From an uncultured delta proteobacterium (lineage in GTDB: Bacteria > Myxococcota_A > Polyangia > Fen-1088): DNA of 64,000 nucleotides. The stretch lies in the NCBI GenBank assembly GCA_963796685.1, contig CAWCMR010000025.1, forward strand, positions 96,001 through 160,000, given 5' to 3'. The notes under the pieces were generated by a model. The model searched no databases and was not told where the DNA came from. It was given only the letters and a program-made list of their open reading frames with translations. Shown here piece by piece: positions 1 to 9,954 of this stretch (position 1 is the first letter of the stretch; each line of letters opens with the position of its first letter). Position numbers and translations under genes: made by a program.

Positions 1-2849
1 CCCACATCGCCCGCAATGATGACGTTCGAGCTGCTGTCCACGGCGATGCCCAAGACATCGGACACGGCGGCGGTGCCCCAGGTCTGGGCAGCCACGACGG
101 TACCGGTGTTGTCCAGCTTGGCCACGTAGGGGAGGCCAATCGTGCCGGTGCCAACCGTGGGAAGCGAGAAGCCCGTGCCGAAGCTGAGCGTCCCGTTGTA
201 GTTACCCGCGATGTACACGTTGCCGGTGGCGTCGATAGCCACCGATTGGCACTGCTGATCGCCCGCGCCACCGAACATCTTGCCCCACGCCACGTTGCCT
301 GTGGTCGCGTCGACCACGGCCACCACGATGTCCGTGCTGCCACCGAAGGTCCCGGCGGTTCCGGTGAGCAACCCGGTGTTGGTGGTGCCAGTCCCGTAGA
401 GGCCTGGCGACCTGCCGGTCTTGCCGCAGAGAGCGACGAGGTTGTTGGCGGGATTCGAGGCCGAGGCCAGGAACGCACCCGTGCCAAGGTCGACGTTGTG
501 CGCCTTGATGGGCGTGATTTCCGGCATGACCGAGGCAGCGCTGGCCACCACGAAGTAGTTCATCGGTGCACCGATGGCCAAGGACGACTTCGAGAGGAAG
601 TCGACATTGTCCGTACCGCCGGTCGCGGCAACCACCGATGGGGTGAAGTCGATCTCGGTGACGTAGACGCCGGCCACGAGCACGTTGCCGTTCTGGGTGG
701 CTGCCACGAGGTTACCCGTCTGATCCGCACCGCCGACGTAGCCGAAGGTGAAGCTTTGGGTCGCGAGACCCGTAGCCGGGTTCAGCTTGTTCAGGTAGGC
801 ATCCGAGCTGCTGGTCGAGCTGACGGTGCCGGCGCCGAAGTTGAACGGGTTGTAGATCGAGCCCGTGCTCCAGATGGTGCCGTCGGCAGCGCTGGTCAAG
901 CCAGAGAGCAGCGGGTCGGTCCCCACGGCGAACCCGGGACCCAGACAGACGATCGGGTCGCAGTGTCCGGTGGCCGGCGTGCAGGAGAAGCCCGCGTTGC
1001 AGGAGATCGCAGTGCCGCCGCAAGCGCCGGCGGTGCAGACATCACCCGTGGTGCACAGGCTGTTGTCGTTGCAGGTGGTGCCGTCGGTCGCGTTGGCGAG
1101 GCCACAAGCGCCACTGGTGGCGTTGCAGGTCGCGACCTGGCACGCATTGCCAGCCGGGCAGACCTTGGCGGTACCGCCGCACACGCCGGCCGTGCAGACA
1201 TCGCCGCTGGTGCAGGCGCTGCTGTCGTTGCAGGTCGTGTTGTCGGCCTTGGGCGCGAGCGCGCACAGACCGGTCGCGGGAACGCAGGCGTTGCTGTGGC
1301 ACTGATCAGCGGCGTTCGGATCGCAGGTGACCTGGGTGTCGACGTGGCAGACACCAGCGAGGCAGGAGGCGGCCTGGACGCACTTGTTGGCAGCACCCGC
1401 GGTCGAGGTGCAGTTCGTGCCGTCGGGCTGGCCGTTGCACACGCTGTTGAGCGGGACCAGGGTGAAGACATGCGAGGTCGAGGCTCCGGAGGTGCTGCAG
1501 GTAGCGGCCACGGTGACCGTCACGACCGAGCCATCCTCGGCGCCAGGCTGCGCGGTGTAGGTCACGGCGCCGGTGAACACGGTCCCATCCAGACCGAGAG
1601 CGGCCGGGGTCGTGGGCGTGAGCGCGGTGCTGTCCGAGGCAGTCCAGACCAAGCTGAGCGTGCCGGTGCAGCCCTGGTTGGCCACGATGGCCAAACCGAC
1701 CACATCGCCACCCTTGATAGTGGTGAGCGACTGGTAGTCGTAGCCGAACACGGGGCCGCCGACCACGGCCGGACCGGAGACCGGCAAGCTGAGGTGGTTG
1801 GTGATCACGCCGCCCTTGGGGGTATTGTCCGGGAAGTTGCCGTCATCCACGCGCACGAGGAAGGTGCACTCGCTCATGGTCGAGGTGCTGGCGAGCGTGA
1901 AGGTGGTGGTCGGCTTGTTCGGCGTCACCGACCCGAAGGCACCCACGCAGGTCCCGCTGCCATCTGCGTTCGGCCCCACGGTCCACAGGTAGTGGAGAGC
2001 GTCGCCGTCCGCGTCGGACGCGGTCACGGTCAACGTCGTCGGAGCGCCCTTCACGAGGGGGACCGGCGTAGCATCGAGACCCGTGATCACCGGGTAGGTG
2101 TCCAGGTTGGCCGTGATCTTCGCACTGCCCGTGGCGGCCGCCGAGCCCACCTGGATGGTGAGCGAGGCGACGTTCTTGAGCACGCCGTTGGCATCCGTCA
2201 CGGTCACATTGACCGCGCAGGGACCATCGGCGGCCGGGGCGGTGAAGGTCACCATGGAGGTGCCATCGACCGAGTCGCTGCCCACGGTGTTCGTGGGGGC
2301 GGTGACGCTGCCACAAGTGGCGGCCCACGCCCAGCCCATGGCGGCGGTCTGGCCGGCATCCGGGTCATGGGCGCTGGCCTTGATGGTGACCGTGTCGGTC
2401 TGGGAGACCAAGAGCGAGGTCGCGGTGAGCGAGTCGATCACGGGAGCCTCGTTCGAGATGGCGACGCCCGGAGCAACCTGGTTCATGTCGATGATGACCG
2501 CGGCGGTCTGGTTCTTGGTGATGGTCACGTTCGTCGCGGCGCCGTGATAGAGCTCGGTGCTGGACGCGTCCTTCGCCGAGGCGGTGAAGACGTAGTTGGT
2601 GCCGACAGGGAGATCGCTGACGAGAGCGCCGTACTGGGTACCGTGGCCCACGAGCGGAACGGTGAGCGGGGTGGGAATGCCACCCGTGATGGTGACGGTC
2701 ACGCTCGACACGTCAGCGGTTGAGAGCATCTTGGCGGCGTTGATAGAAGCCGAGCCCTTGTCAGAGCCTTGGCCCTTGCCACAGCCAACCATACCGATAG
2801 CCACCACGCCGAGCGCGGCAGCCATCCATGTCATTCGATTACGAAGCAT
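1..2849 (-). CDS. Large surface lipoprotein (runs off window start): conserved N-terminal module + Ig/PKD-like domains + Cys-rich CxDxxxCT repeats + C-terminal beta-propeller-like domain
   Basis: Absent from the ORF track because it has no stop in the window. Manual translation from ATG 2849 (RBS GGAGG at 2856-2860) gives MLRNRMTWMAAALGVVAIGMVGC (lipobox), then LPVGTNYVFTASA...NEAPVIDSL...AHDPDAGQT, CNDNSLCTTGDVCTAGACGG-type repeats, and GGSTDIVVAVVDATTGNVAWG shared with 14993-17161. Confidence 0.85.
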   Translation of the reverse strand, partial: MLRNRMTWMAAALGVVAIGMVGCGKGQGSDKGSASINAAKMLSTADVSSVTVTITGGIPTPLTVPLVGHGTQYGALVSDLPVGTNYVFTASAKDASSTELYHGAATNVTITKNQTAAVIIDMNQVAPGVAISNEAPVIDSLTATSLLVSQTDTVTIKASAHDPDAGQTAAMGWAWAATCGSVTAPTNTVGSDSVDGTSMVTFTAPAADGPCAVNVTVTDANGVLKNVASLTIQVGSAAATGSAKITANLDTYPVITGLDATPVPLVKGAPTTLTVTASDADGDALHYLWTVGPNADGSGTCVGAFGSVTPNKPTTTFTLASTSTMSECTFLVRVDDGNFPDNTPKGGVITNHLSLPVSGPAVVGGPVFGYDYQSLTTIKGGDVVGLAIVANQGCTGTLSLVWTASDSTALTPTTPAALGLDGTVFTGAVTYTAQPGAEDGSVVTVTVAATCSTSGASTSHVFTLVPLNSVCNGQPDGTNCTSTAGAANKCVQAASCLAGVCHVDTQVTCDPNAADQCHSNACVPATGLCALAPKADNTTCNDSSACTSGDVCTAGVCGGTAKVCPAGNACQVATCNATSGACGLANATDGTTCNDNSLCTTGDVCTAGACGGTAISCNAGFSCTPATGHCDPIVCLGPGFAVGTDPLLSGLTSAADGTIWSTGSIYNPFNFGAGTVSSTSSSDAYLNKLNPATGLATQSFTFGYVGGADQTGNLVAATQNGNVLVAGVYVTEIDFTPSVVAATGGTDNVDFLSKSSLAIGAPMNYFVVASAASVMPEITPIKAHNVDLGTGAFLASASNPANNLVALCGKTGRSPGLYGTGTTNTGLLTGTAGTFGGSTDIVVAVVDATTGNVAWGKMFGGAGDQQCQSVAIDATGNVYIAGNYNGTLSFGTGFSLPTVGTGTIGLPYVAKLDNTGTVVAAQTWGTAAVSDVLGIAVDSSSNVIIAGDV

Positions 2850-2999
2850 TGGTGTCCTCCTTGGATACTTTCGATTTCGTAGCTGTTTGAGTTATCTGTT
2901 GTCTGTCTGAAGTCCCGCCCCCTGGTAGGTTCCAGGAGGCGAGACACTGTCCTCGACTCGCAACGCCGCCGTCAGGCATTTGAGGTGTGATCGCGCCTA

Positions 3000-4904
3000 C
3001 TACTGGCAGATACCACCACCAACGCCGAAACCATCGTCGACGCAGGTGCCGCTGGTGCACTTGGCGCCCAAGTTGCAGCCGTAGTTCGAGGCCAGGGCCG
3101 GCATGACAGGACATACGCTGGTGTTGACCGGGTTGCCGCAAGTGAGCGGGGTTCCGGTGCCGACCTGTCCGTTGGCCACGCAGGGATAGCTGGCGTTGCA
3201 GGCGTTGTTCGAGGTCTCATCGCCGATGTTCTGCTTCGGCGTGCCCACGCCAGCGGTCAGGGTCCCGCAGGTGAGGGTGGTATTGAAGGGTGCGATCAGA
3301 CAAGACGTGTTGCCACAGGCTTCCGCATCGCCGGGGGCGATGGAGCCTTCCCACTTGGCGTAGAAACCACGGTTGATGTCGATGTTCTGCACTCCGCCGT
3401 GGTTGATGTCGAAGGTATCCCCGCCCACGGTGAGAGCGACGGGACATTGACTGCTCTGGGCGAAATGCCAGAGCGTCGCTTCCTCGTCCTTGCGGCCGGC
3501 AACCTCGCCTGGGTTCGTGGCAGGACAGCCGGCTGTGTTGCCGACGTCGATGCCGTAGGGGTTCTCCAGGTACAAGCGGCGGGAGAACAGGTAAGCACCC
3601 TTGTAGATGTTGGGCAGGAAGGTCGTGGTGACGGTGTTGATGTTGGTGACCGCGTTCGGGGTGCACGGAGACGTCCTGGAAGCCGCGCCCGCGACCCCGA
3701 CGAGCTGTCCCAGGGCATCGTTGGCGACGCGCAAACCAATCGATTCGGTGATGTCGGCATTGTGCTGGTTGGGACCGGCACAACCAGCTTTCGACGCTCC
3801 CGCCGACCCATTGTCGTTCTCGGAGAGGGCGACGACGACACCCTGCGAGCACTTGAGCGGCTGGCTGTACGAGTTGGCGATGGTGGTCCCTCGGACGACG
3901 ATCGAACCGTTGGCGGGGACGTCAGCATCGCCAGCCTGACAGTTTTGGCTGGTGGGGTAGTACGTGCAGCGGGTGAGCGCGGTCGTGCCCGTTCCCGGCA
4001 TGCAGGAACGACGGATGGGATCCAGATCCTCGTTGGTGACGTTGGAGCCGGGCAGGTTGTTGTTGCCCTCGGACTTGCCGTTGCACCAACGGTCGATATT
4101 CAGCTTTTCGCGGAAGGTGTCCTGGGTGCCGGACTTGTCGTCGCGGCGCAGGATGTGCTCGATGTGGCCCGAGCCTTCGCACGAGGGACTGGCGAGGTAG
4201 GCAAGGAGGCACTCGCGGCAAGGATCCGCGCACTCCGCCGTCGTGGCCTCGCTCTTGACATTGCTGCCCTGCGGATAGCCGCCAAGGATGACGCCCATGG
4301 CGCTGAGCACCGGGCTGCCGGTCCCGACCTTGGGGCATTGGGCCGCGCAGGTGGCCGGAACGCCATCGTCGAGATCGATGCACTGGCCGGTCTTCTGCTT
4401 GAACGTCCAGACCGCGGCGTCGATGGCGATGACGTTGTCCTTGCTCACCGGCTGCCATACGGAGGTGTGGCCGTCGATGACCGACTGCTGAAAATTGCGC
4501 GACATGGGGCCGATGCACTGCGCGTACGTACCCGTCACACCCGAGTCGCCCGCGGTGTAGCGCAGGTTGGTTTCGGCCTGGCCCGAGCCGGCATTGATGT
4601 AGACCAGACACGCGCCGGACTGAGCGATCAGGTCGTGCTGGAGGTCGGTCTCGGTGTCCGAGCCGGCATAGGGGAAGCAGCCCCGGGCGGGGTTACTGGG
4701 GTTGTACTTGGCTCCGCAAGCCACCGCCGTGGCGTGAGGCATGTAGCCCGCGAATCCCGGGATGGCCAACACGCTCGGATCCAGCGTTTCGTCGGGACAC
4801 GTCGTCTGGGCCAGTGCCGTTCCGCTTCCGATGGCCAGCACGGCCATGGACGTCGGGATCGCGATCCCGATCATCCTCGTCATACTCTTTCTCGTCGATA
4901 TCAT
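3000..4904 (-). CDS. Secreted Cys-rich protein with PstS/PBP2-like substrate-binding fold
   Basis: Sec signal ending ALA-Q; PstS-type motifs AGSDT, NAGSGQA, GPMSR, AIDA, RRDDKSGTQDTF, YLFSRRLYL; many Cys; RBS AGGAGG; paralog of 12964-14862. Confidence 0.7.
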   Translation of the reverse strand: MISTRKSMTRMIGIAIPTSMAVLAIGSGTALAQTTCPDETLDPSVLAIPGFAGYMPHATAVACGAKYNPSNPARGCFPYAGSDTETDLQHDLIAQSGACLVYINAGSGQAETNLRYTAGDSGVTGTYAQCIGPMSRNFQQSVIDGHTSVWQPVSKDNVIAIDAAVWTFKQKTGQCIDLDDGVPATCAAQCPKVGTGSPVLSAMGVILGGYPQGSNVKSEATTAECADPCRECLLAYLASPSCEGSGHIEHILRRDDKSGTQDTFREKLNIDRWCNGKSEGNNNLPGSNVTNEDLDPIRRSCMPGTGTTALTRCTYYPTSQNCQAGDADVPANGSIVVRGTTIANSYSQPLKCSQGVVVALSENDNGSAGASKAGCAGPNQHNADITESIGLRVANDALGQLVGVAGAASRTSPCTPNAVTNINTVTTTFLPNIYKGAYLFSRRLYLENPYGIDVGNTAGCPATNPGEVAGRKDEEATLWHFAQSSQCPVALTVGGDTFDINHGGVQNIDINRGFYAKWEGSIAPGDAEACGNTSCLIAPFNTTLTCGTLTAGVGTPKQNIGDETSNNACNASYPCVANGQVGTGTPLTCGNPVNTSVCPVMPALASNYGCNLGAKCTSGTCVDDGFGVGGGICQ

Positions 4905-5053
4905 TGTCTGCCTCCTTCGTGGACCTGTTCTCTTTGCGAATGAACCGTTTCTTCAGCTCTCGAAGCCTTGTGGCGTTGCTCTCCAGCGCGAACGCCTTGA
5001 TGGCTCTTCCACACTTGCGGCCAAGCAAATACCACTATGCAAGCGCGAAGTGT

Positions 5054-5091
5054 GTGAGGCATTTGCCAAGTCTTCGTTACGGTCGCATGAC
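5054..5091 (-). promoter_or_regulatory. Pho-box-like array (11-bp period) upstream of the PstS-like gene
   Basis: Minus strand GTCAT-N6-GTAAC-N6-TTGGC-N6-CTCAC; the first two units resemble the E. coli pho box CTGTCAT-N4-CTGT(A/C)A(C/T). Confidence 0.65.
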
Positions 5092-5217
5092 ACCGTCTCA
5101 GCCCCCCCCTCCTCCCCACCAGAGCTCGAGATCTCCTCAAGTGAGCGGGTGACCCGCTCTTTTCGCTCATTGACGCTAACCACCTCTAGCTTGTTTATGT
5201 GGCTTGGAGAACCAGTT

Positions 5218-5266
5218 GTGACCGAATTGCAAACTCGCCGAAACACTCCTGTCACAGTCGCGCAAA
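5218..5266. promoter_or_regulatory. Pho-box-like array in divergent intergenic region
   Basis: Plus-strand units GTGAC 5218, GCAAA 5229, GAAAC 5240, GTCAC 5251, GCAAA 5262, all exactly 11 bp apart. Confidence 0.5.
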
Positions 5267-5342
5267 GGCCCTATTCCCCCCTTGATTCACTCCAAGTCTC
5301 GGAATGATAGTTCGCATCGCTTTGCGAGGAGGTTCCGCACCC

Positions 5343-6110
5343 ATGTGTCGTAGTCGTCGATTGCTGCAAACTCTGGCCCTCGTCCTGGCGCTCTTCCAAG
5401 CACTCGCCAGCGCACCTGCGTACGCGCGCCGGGCAGGCGAAGGCGAAACCGCGCGCGCCGAACGCACGCAGGGCACGGTGGCTCTCAATCTCGGCAACTA
5501 CGACGACGCCGTCGAACATTTTTCCCGTGCCTACAGCCTCACGCAAGATCCAGCTCTTCTCTTCAGCTTGGCTCAGGCCTATCGTCTCGGTGGCAAGGCC
5601 GACAAGGCTCTCGCTACTTACAGCGCGTTTTTGCGCGCGGCGGGTGGCAGCCCCAAATACCGGGGCCAAATCGAACGAGCCGCGGCGGAAATCGAGAGCA
5701 TCACCTCGTTCATGCTCAATCATCCCGTCGATTCCCGGCCGGTCGAAAAGGCGGGTCCCATGGTCGAGGTGACCCCGCCCGCCGTTCCGGTTACGAAGGA
5801 CGAGAGCGAGCCAGCGGCGGTCGTTGGGAAAGAGCCCGAGGAGGTGAGGCCACCCGACCTCCTCGCGGCCAAGCTCGAGCCGCCGGCGTTGCTGCCCAAG
5901 CCGGAACCCGCGCCGCCGCCCGCTGTCGACTTTGCCGCCGAGAGGAAAGCGCCCCCACAACCTTCGCCCCGCCCGATCTATAAACGCTGGTGGTTCTTGA
6001 CGTCGACTGCGGTGGTTCTCGTGGCGGGTGGCGCGGCGGCATGGTGGTACACGCGGCCCATCAATCAAACACCCGGCTCCACCTACGGAGCGGTCAGGGT
6101 GCTCCCGTGA
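5343..6110 (+). CDS. TPR-domain envelope protein with Pro-rich linker and C-terminal hydrophobic segment
   Basis: RBS AGGAGG then ATG 5343; signal peptide; TPR helices GNYDDAVEHFSRAYSL...LLFSLAQAYRLGG...ALATYSAFL; PIYKRWWFL followed by a hydrophobic stretch. Confidence 0.8.
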   Translation: MCRSRRLLQTLALVLALFQALASAPAYARRAGEGETARAERTQGTVALNLGNYDDAVEHFSRAYSLTQDPALLFSLAQAYRLGGKADKALATYSAFLRAAGGSPKYRGQIERAAAEIESITSFMLNHPVDSRPVEKAGPMVEVTPPAVPVTKDESEPAAVVGKEPEEVRPPDLLAAKLEPPALLPKPEPAPPPAVDFAAERKAPPQPSPRPIYKRWWFLTSTAVVLVAGGAAAWWYTRPINQTPGSTYGAVRVLP

Positions 6111-7636
6111 CCCGGCGGGCACTGCGATTTTCGGCCATCGTGCTGCTGCTGGCTTCCTGTCGCCGTGACAGGGACTCTTACATCGTTCTCCACAACGACG
6201 TGAATTGCGATGTGCCGCGTGTATTCCAATTGCTCGTGACCATTCAAAATAGCGGTGTCTCGGATCAAAAGTTGATCCCTGCCGTGCCCTCGACGGAGCT
6301 AGGCTTCCCGAGCTCGATTGTTCTCGACTTGCCAAGCTCGCGCGGTGGTGTCGTGGATGTGGTCGTGGAGGCGATCGACAACAAGTATCAATCCATCGGC
6401 CAGGGAACGGCGAGCGGGACGATCGAGTCGGGCGGACGGCTGGACCTTCAGGTCCAGATCGCGGCGGCCATCGTAACCGGCCCGGTGGTCGAGCCCGCAA
6501 GCCCCGGCGTCGATGGCGGGATGGGAATCGATGGTTCGCTCAACGGTTCCGATGGGGTCCGATCCGACGCCTTGGTCGGCAATGGTGTCCCCTTCGTCAG
6601 GATGGCAGTCGGCGCGATGAGTAGCTGCAGCATTCGCTCCGACACCAGCTTGTGGTGCTGGGGGAACAACACCTATGGCCAACTCCGCCTTTCGGGGACC
6701 ACCGACCGACTGACCCCGATCGAGGTGTCTGGGCTTTCCTGGTCTGCCGTTTCGTGCGGGCAAACCCACGCGTGCGGGCTTCGCGTCGACGGGACCTTGT
6801 CATGCTGGGGCAACAACGGCTCCGGCCAACTGGGCGTGGCCACGACCACCACGTCGAACCAGCAGACCGAGGTTGCGAACGGCCCCTGGCAAAGCGTCTC
6901 CGCCGGAAGTTACCAGACGTGTGCTATCAAAACCGACGCCACGCTGTGGTGTTGGGGCGACAACACCAACGGACAATTGGGAACCGGCAGTACCGTTCCG
7001 AGCACGGATCCTCTTCAGGTCCTCGGCGCTGGCTGGAGCCAAGTCAGCACGGGCTATCTGCACACCTGCGCTCTGAAACAAGACGGCACCCTGTGGTGTT
7101 GGGGCCTCAACGCCGACCTCCAGCTCGGCAATCCCTCCGTTGCCTTCCTCATGTCGCCGGGACAGGTCGCGGGAAGTGACTGGACGCAAGTCACGACCGG
7201 GCTCTACCATACCTGTGCCTTGAAGCAAGACGGGAGCCTGTGGTGTTGGGGAGGCAACTACAAGGGCCAGCTCGGAAACGCCGGCGTTCCGGCCCAGGAC
7301 AATTCCAAGACCAGTGATGCCGTGCAGGTCGCGGGCGCATGGTTGAGCGTTTCGGCGGGTCAGTCGCACACTTGCGGCATCATGAGCGACCAATCTCTGT
7401 GGTGTTGGGGAGACGATACGCAGGGACAGCTCGGCGATGCGAAGGAGACCCCCCAAAGCGCGCCCGTGGCCATCGGGGTCCCGGGTCAGACCTGGCAGGC
7501 CGTGGCAGCGGGTTTGGCCCATACCTGTGGATTGGCGCCAGGTGGAACGCTCTGGTGCTGGGGCAGTGACGCCAACGGACAGCTTGGCATCGGCTCGCTC
7601 GAATGGCGCCAGGTCCCCACCCTGGTCACGCAATAG
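6107..7636 (+). CDS. RCC1/BLIP-II repeat beta-propeller lipoprotein
   Basis: GTG 6107 overlaps the upstream TGA; lipobox LLLASC; seven repeats of G..HTC.L..DG.LWCWG.N..GQLG. Confidence 0.9.
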   Translation: MTRRALRFSAIVLLLASCRRDRDSYIVLHNDVNCDVPRVFQLLVTIQNSGVSDQKLIPAVPSTELGFPSSIVLDLPSSRGGVVDVVVEAIDNKYQSIGQGTASGTIESGGRLDLQVQIAAAIVTGPVVEPASPGVDGGMGIDGSLNGSDGVRSDALVGNGVPFVRMAVGAMSSCSIRSDTSLWCWGNNTYGQLRLSGTTDRLTPIEVSGLSWSAVSCGQTHACGLRVDGTLSCWGNNGSGQLGVATTTTSNQQTEVANGPWQSVSAGSYQTCAIKTDATLWCWGDNTNGQLGTGSTVPSTDPLQVLGAGWSQVSTGYLHTCALKQDGTLWCWGLNADLQLGNPSVAFLMSPGQVAGSDWTQVTTGLYHTCALKQDGSLWCWGGNYKGQLGNAGVPAQDNSKTSDAVQVAGAWLSVSAGQSHTCGIMSDQSLWCWGDDTQGQLGDAKETPQSAPVAIGVPGQTWQAVAAGLAHTCGLAPGGTLWCWGSDANGQLGIGSLEWRQVPTLVTQ

Positions 7637-7639
7637 AGG

Positions 7640-9085
7640 ATGGCGATGCCGGCCCTCACCCCACGTGCGCTGAGGACTCCAGGGTTTCTTGCACCGTCCG
7701 TACCTTTGTGCACATTGGCGCTGCTCGCCTGCAGCTCTCCAACAGCACCGCCAGCGACGGGGAATATCGACGTCGCCATACGATCGCTCCTCACGGCACC
7801 CATCTCCTCCCTGCGCGTGACCGCGCAATCCCCCACCACTCTCGCCAATTCGCTCAAGATTCCCCTCGCGTTCAAAACCGATCAGTCTTCGGTGCTTCTC
7901 CGAAATCTGGCAGCGGCCAGCGACTATGTGCTCACCGCCGACGCGCTGGACGGTAACGGTGTCATTATCGCCCGCGGTTTGGCGAGCGGCGTCGCCGTCA
8001 CCAAGGGACAGACCAGCAAGGTCGTCATCTATTTGAACCAAGTCATCGTCCCCCCACCCTTCTCCAATTCCGCCCCGCTCATCGACGCCATCACGCTTTC
8101 CGCCGATGTGGCCACACCAGGTGGGCAGGTCCAGATCGAGGGATTGGCGCACGATCCAGATGGGGGACAAACCGCGACGCTCGGCTTCTCTTGGTCCGCC
8201 GCTGCAGCGTGCGGGACGATCTCGAATGTGTCGAACCTGCCCGGCACGGACGCTCTTCATCCTTCCCAATCCCTAGCCACGTGGACGGCACCGCAAGCGC
8301 AAGGAAACTGCCAGATCACGTTCACGGCCAAGGACGTGCTTGGATTGTCCACCAGCGCCACGCTTGTCGTGCGCGTGGGCGCGGGAGCCGACGGAACCGG
8401 CGCCAGCAACGTCGCCCTGGTCTTCAACGACGCGCCGGTGATCGTCGCCATCACCTCGGCCCCGGCCCAGCTATCTTCCACGGGTGCGACCGACGGCGTG
8501 GTCGAAGCGTTGGCCACCGATCCTGAAAACGACAATCTCGGCTACACCTGGAGCTCCGACCCCGATTCTCCGTGCGCCGTCGACTTCGCCAGCCCCGATG
8601 GCGCTGCCTCGGCCTTCACGGCGACCGCGACCCGGGCCGATGCCACCTTCTGCACCTTCCTCGTGTCGGTCAGCGACGGCACGTGGCCCGACGGGGGAGT
8701 GAAGAAGAACACGTCGTTCGCCTCGCTCACGCTGGCCATGACCGCTCCGGTGGTGGCGCTGGTGCCACCGACTTTTGGCGTCGCGTATCAATCGTACGAC
8801 ACCGCCACCGACGGCGTGCTGGTCATGTTCGGCGCCATCGCCTTCGATCCCGAAGGGGGAACGCTCACCTACGATTGGTCGGCCTCGCAGGGCCCGCCTC
8901 CCAATGCCACGGACCCGCCACTCCTTCGCCTCGATCCGGCATTCAGCACAGCGGCGACTTGGATTCCGCCTGTTGGCTCCCAGGCCATGACGAGCGACCT
9001 TCAAGTCTCCGTGACCGCGACCAGCTCGATCACGAGTCTCCAGTCGACCTTGACCTTCTCGTTGAAACCGGCAAATGCCCCGTAG
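7640..9085 (+). CDS. Ig/PKD-like repeat lipoprotein (stalk family, no C-terminal cargo domain)
   Basis: Lipobox LLAC; NSAPLIDAI, AHDPDGG, DPENDNLGYTW, DPEGGTLTYDW; same architecture as 1-2849, 35050-37947 and 38894-40633. Confidence 0.8.
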   Translation: MAMPALTPRALRTPGFLAPSVPLCTLALLACSSPTAPPATGNIDVAIRSLLTAPISSLRVTAQSPTTLANSLKIPLAFKTDQSSVLLRNLAAASDYVLTADALDGNGVIIARGLASGVAVTKGQTSKVVIYLNQVIVPPPFSNSAPLIDAITLSADVATPGGQVQIEGLAHDPDGGQTATLGFSWSAAAACGTISNVSNLPGTDALHPSQSLATWTAPQAQGNCQITFTAKDVLGLSTSATLVVRVGAGADGTGASNVALVFNDAPVIVAITSAPAQLSSTGATDGVVEALATDPENDNLGYTWSSDPDSPCAVDFASPDGAASAFTATATRADATFCTFLVSVSDGTWPDGGVKKNTSFASLTLAMTAPVVALVPPTFGVAYQSYDTATDGVLVMFGAIAFDPEGGTLTYDWSASQGPPPNATDPPLLRLDPAFSTAATWIPPVGSQAMTSDLQVSVTATSSITSLQSTLTFSLKPANAP

Positions 9086-9105
9086 AGACTATCGGCACGC
9101 CGCCG

Positions 9106-9825
9106 CTACTCTTCGGCGCGTGCACCACAAGTCAAGATGGGCGCGATCGGTCTCTTTGCGACTGCTTTCTTGGCGCTGCCATCGAGAATCTCGATGATCA
9201 TCTTCTGCACCGTCGTATTTGCATTCGCCGAGCGCGCAACCTCCTTGAGCGTCGATTTCACCTTGGCGTCGGTGTACTTCACGGCCACCTGCGTGCTCCA
9301 ACGCAGGAAGCCGGGTGCGAGCGCGTAATACAGCCCCCATCCAACCGCGTCGTTCTTGGCTGCGCGGGAGAGGCCCTTGAGATGGTTGAGATAGGCGCCG
9401 AAGTCCAAACATTGCAGGGTCAACGTCGCGAGCTCCACCTCCGTCGGAGACGCCGCCGGGGTGCAGCGCAAGTAGCGATCGACTTCAGCCAGTGTCGACT
9501 TCGGGCTCGCCGCCCATTTACGAAAGGTGGCGTCCTTGCTCCATCGTTCCTGTCGAAAGTCCTGCGTAGGCTTCCGTGGATGGTCCCGCGGAGGCTCCTG
9601 GGGAACGTCCAGCAGAGGCTCCTGTGGAGGCCGCCGTGGGGGCTGCTGATTCTTCAAGGCTTGCTCGGCTCGGAAAAGGAGATCTTTGATTCCTTCGCTG
9701 AAAGCGAGTGCCTCCGGCGAGCCACACTCCGCGGACGAGCCCGACTGCGCGGGTTCGCCTGCCATGAGCTTGGATGCGAGGAGCGAGGTAATGACGAAGA
9801 TTGGAGAAGCGATTCTGGCGCGCAT
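9106..9825 (-). CDS. Hypothetical secreted protein
   Basis: ORF with signal-like N-terminus (MRARIASPIFVITSLLAS) and Lys/Ala-rich helical body; no recognisable family; start uncertain. Confidence 0.45.
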   Translation of the reverse strand: MRARIASPIFVITSLLASKLMAGEPAQSGSSAECGSPEALAFSEGIKDLLFRAEQALKNQQPPRRPPQEPLLDVPQEPPRDHPRKPTQDFRQERWSKDATFRKWAASPKSTLAEVDRYLRCTPAASPTEVELATLTLQCLDFGAYLNHLKGLSRAAKNDAVGWGLYYALAPGFLRWSTQVAVKYTDAKVKSTLKEVARSANANTTVQKMIIEILDGSAKKAVAKRPIAPILTCGARAEE

Positions 9826-9954
9826 GACAAGCGTGCTCCGGGGTGGGGTGGCCGCAGCGGATGTTCGCAGCAGCAGCCGGAATCGCGAGCAACAACTTCG
9901 CAAAAAGCCACCACCTTGCCCATGCCGACCGGAGCAGCCCCTGGCGATTCCAGC

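Noticed and set aside
246-2723. 825-aa plus-strand ORF and similar long ORFs (3399-4943 +, 6800-8269 -, 8572-10284 +, 10926-12494 +, 45960-47141 +)
   Set aside because: Antisense shadows of real genes, typical of high-GC DNA; Arg/Gly-rich with no motifs.
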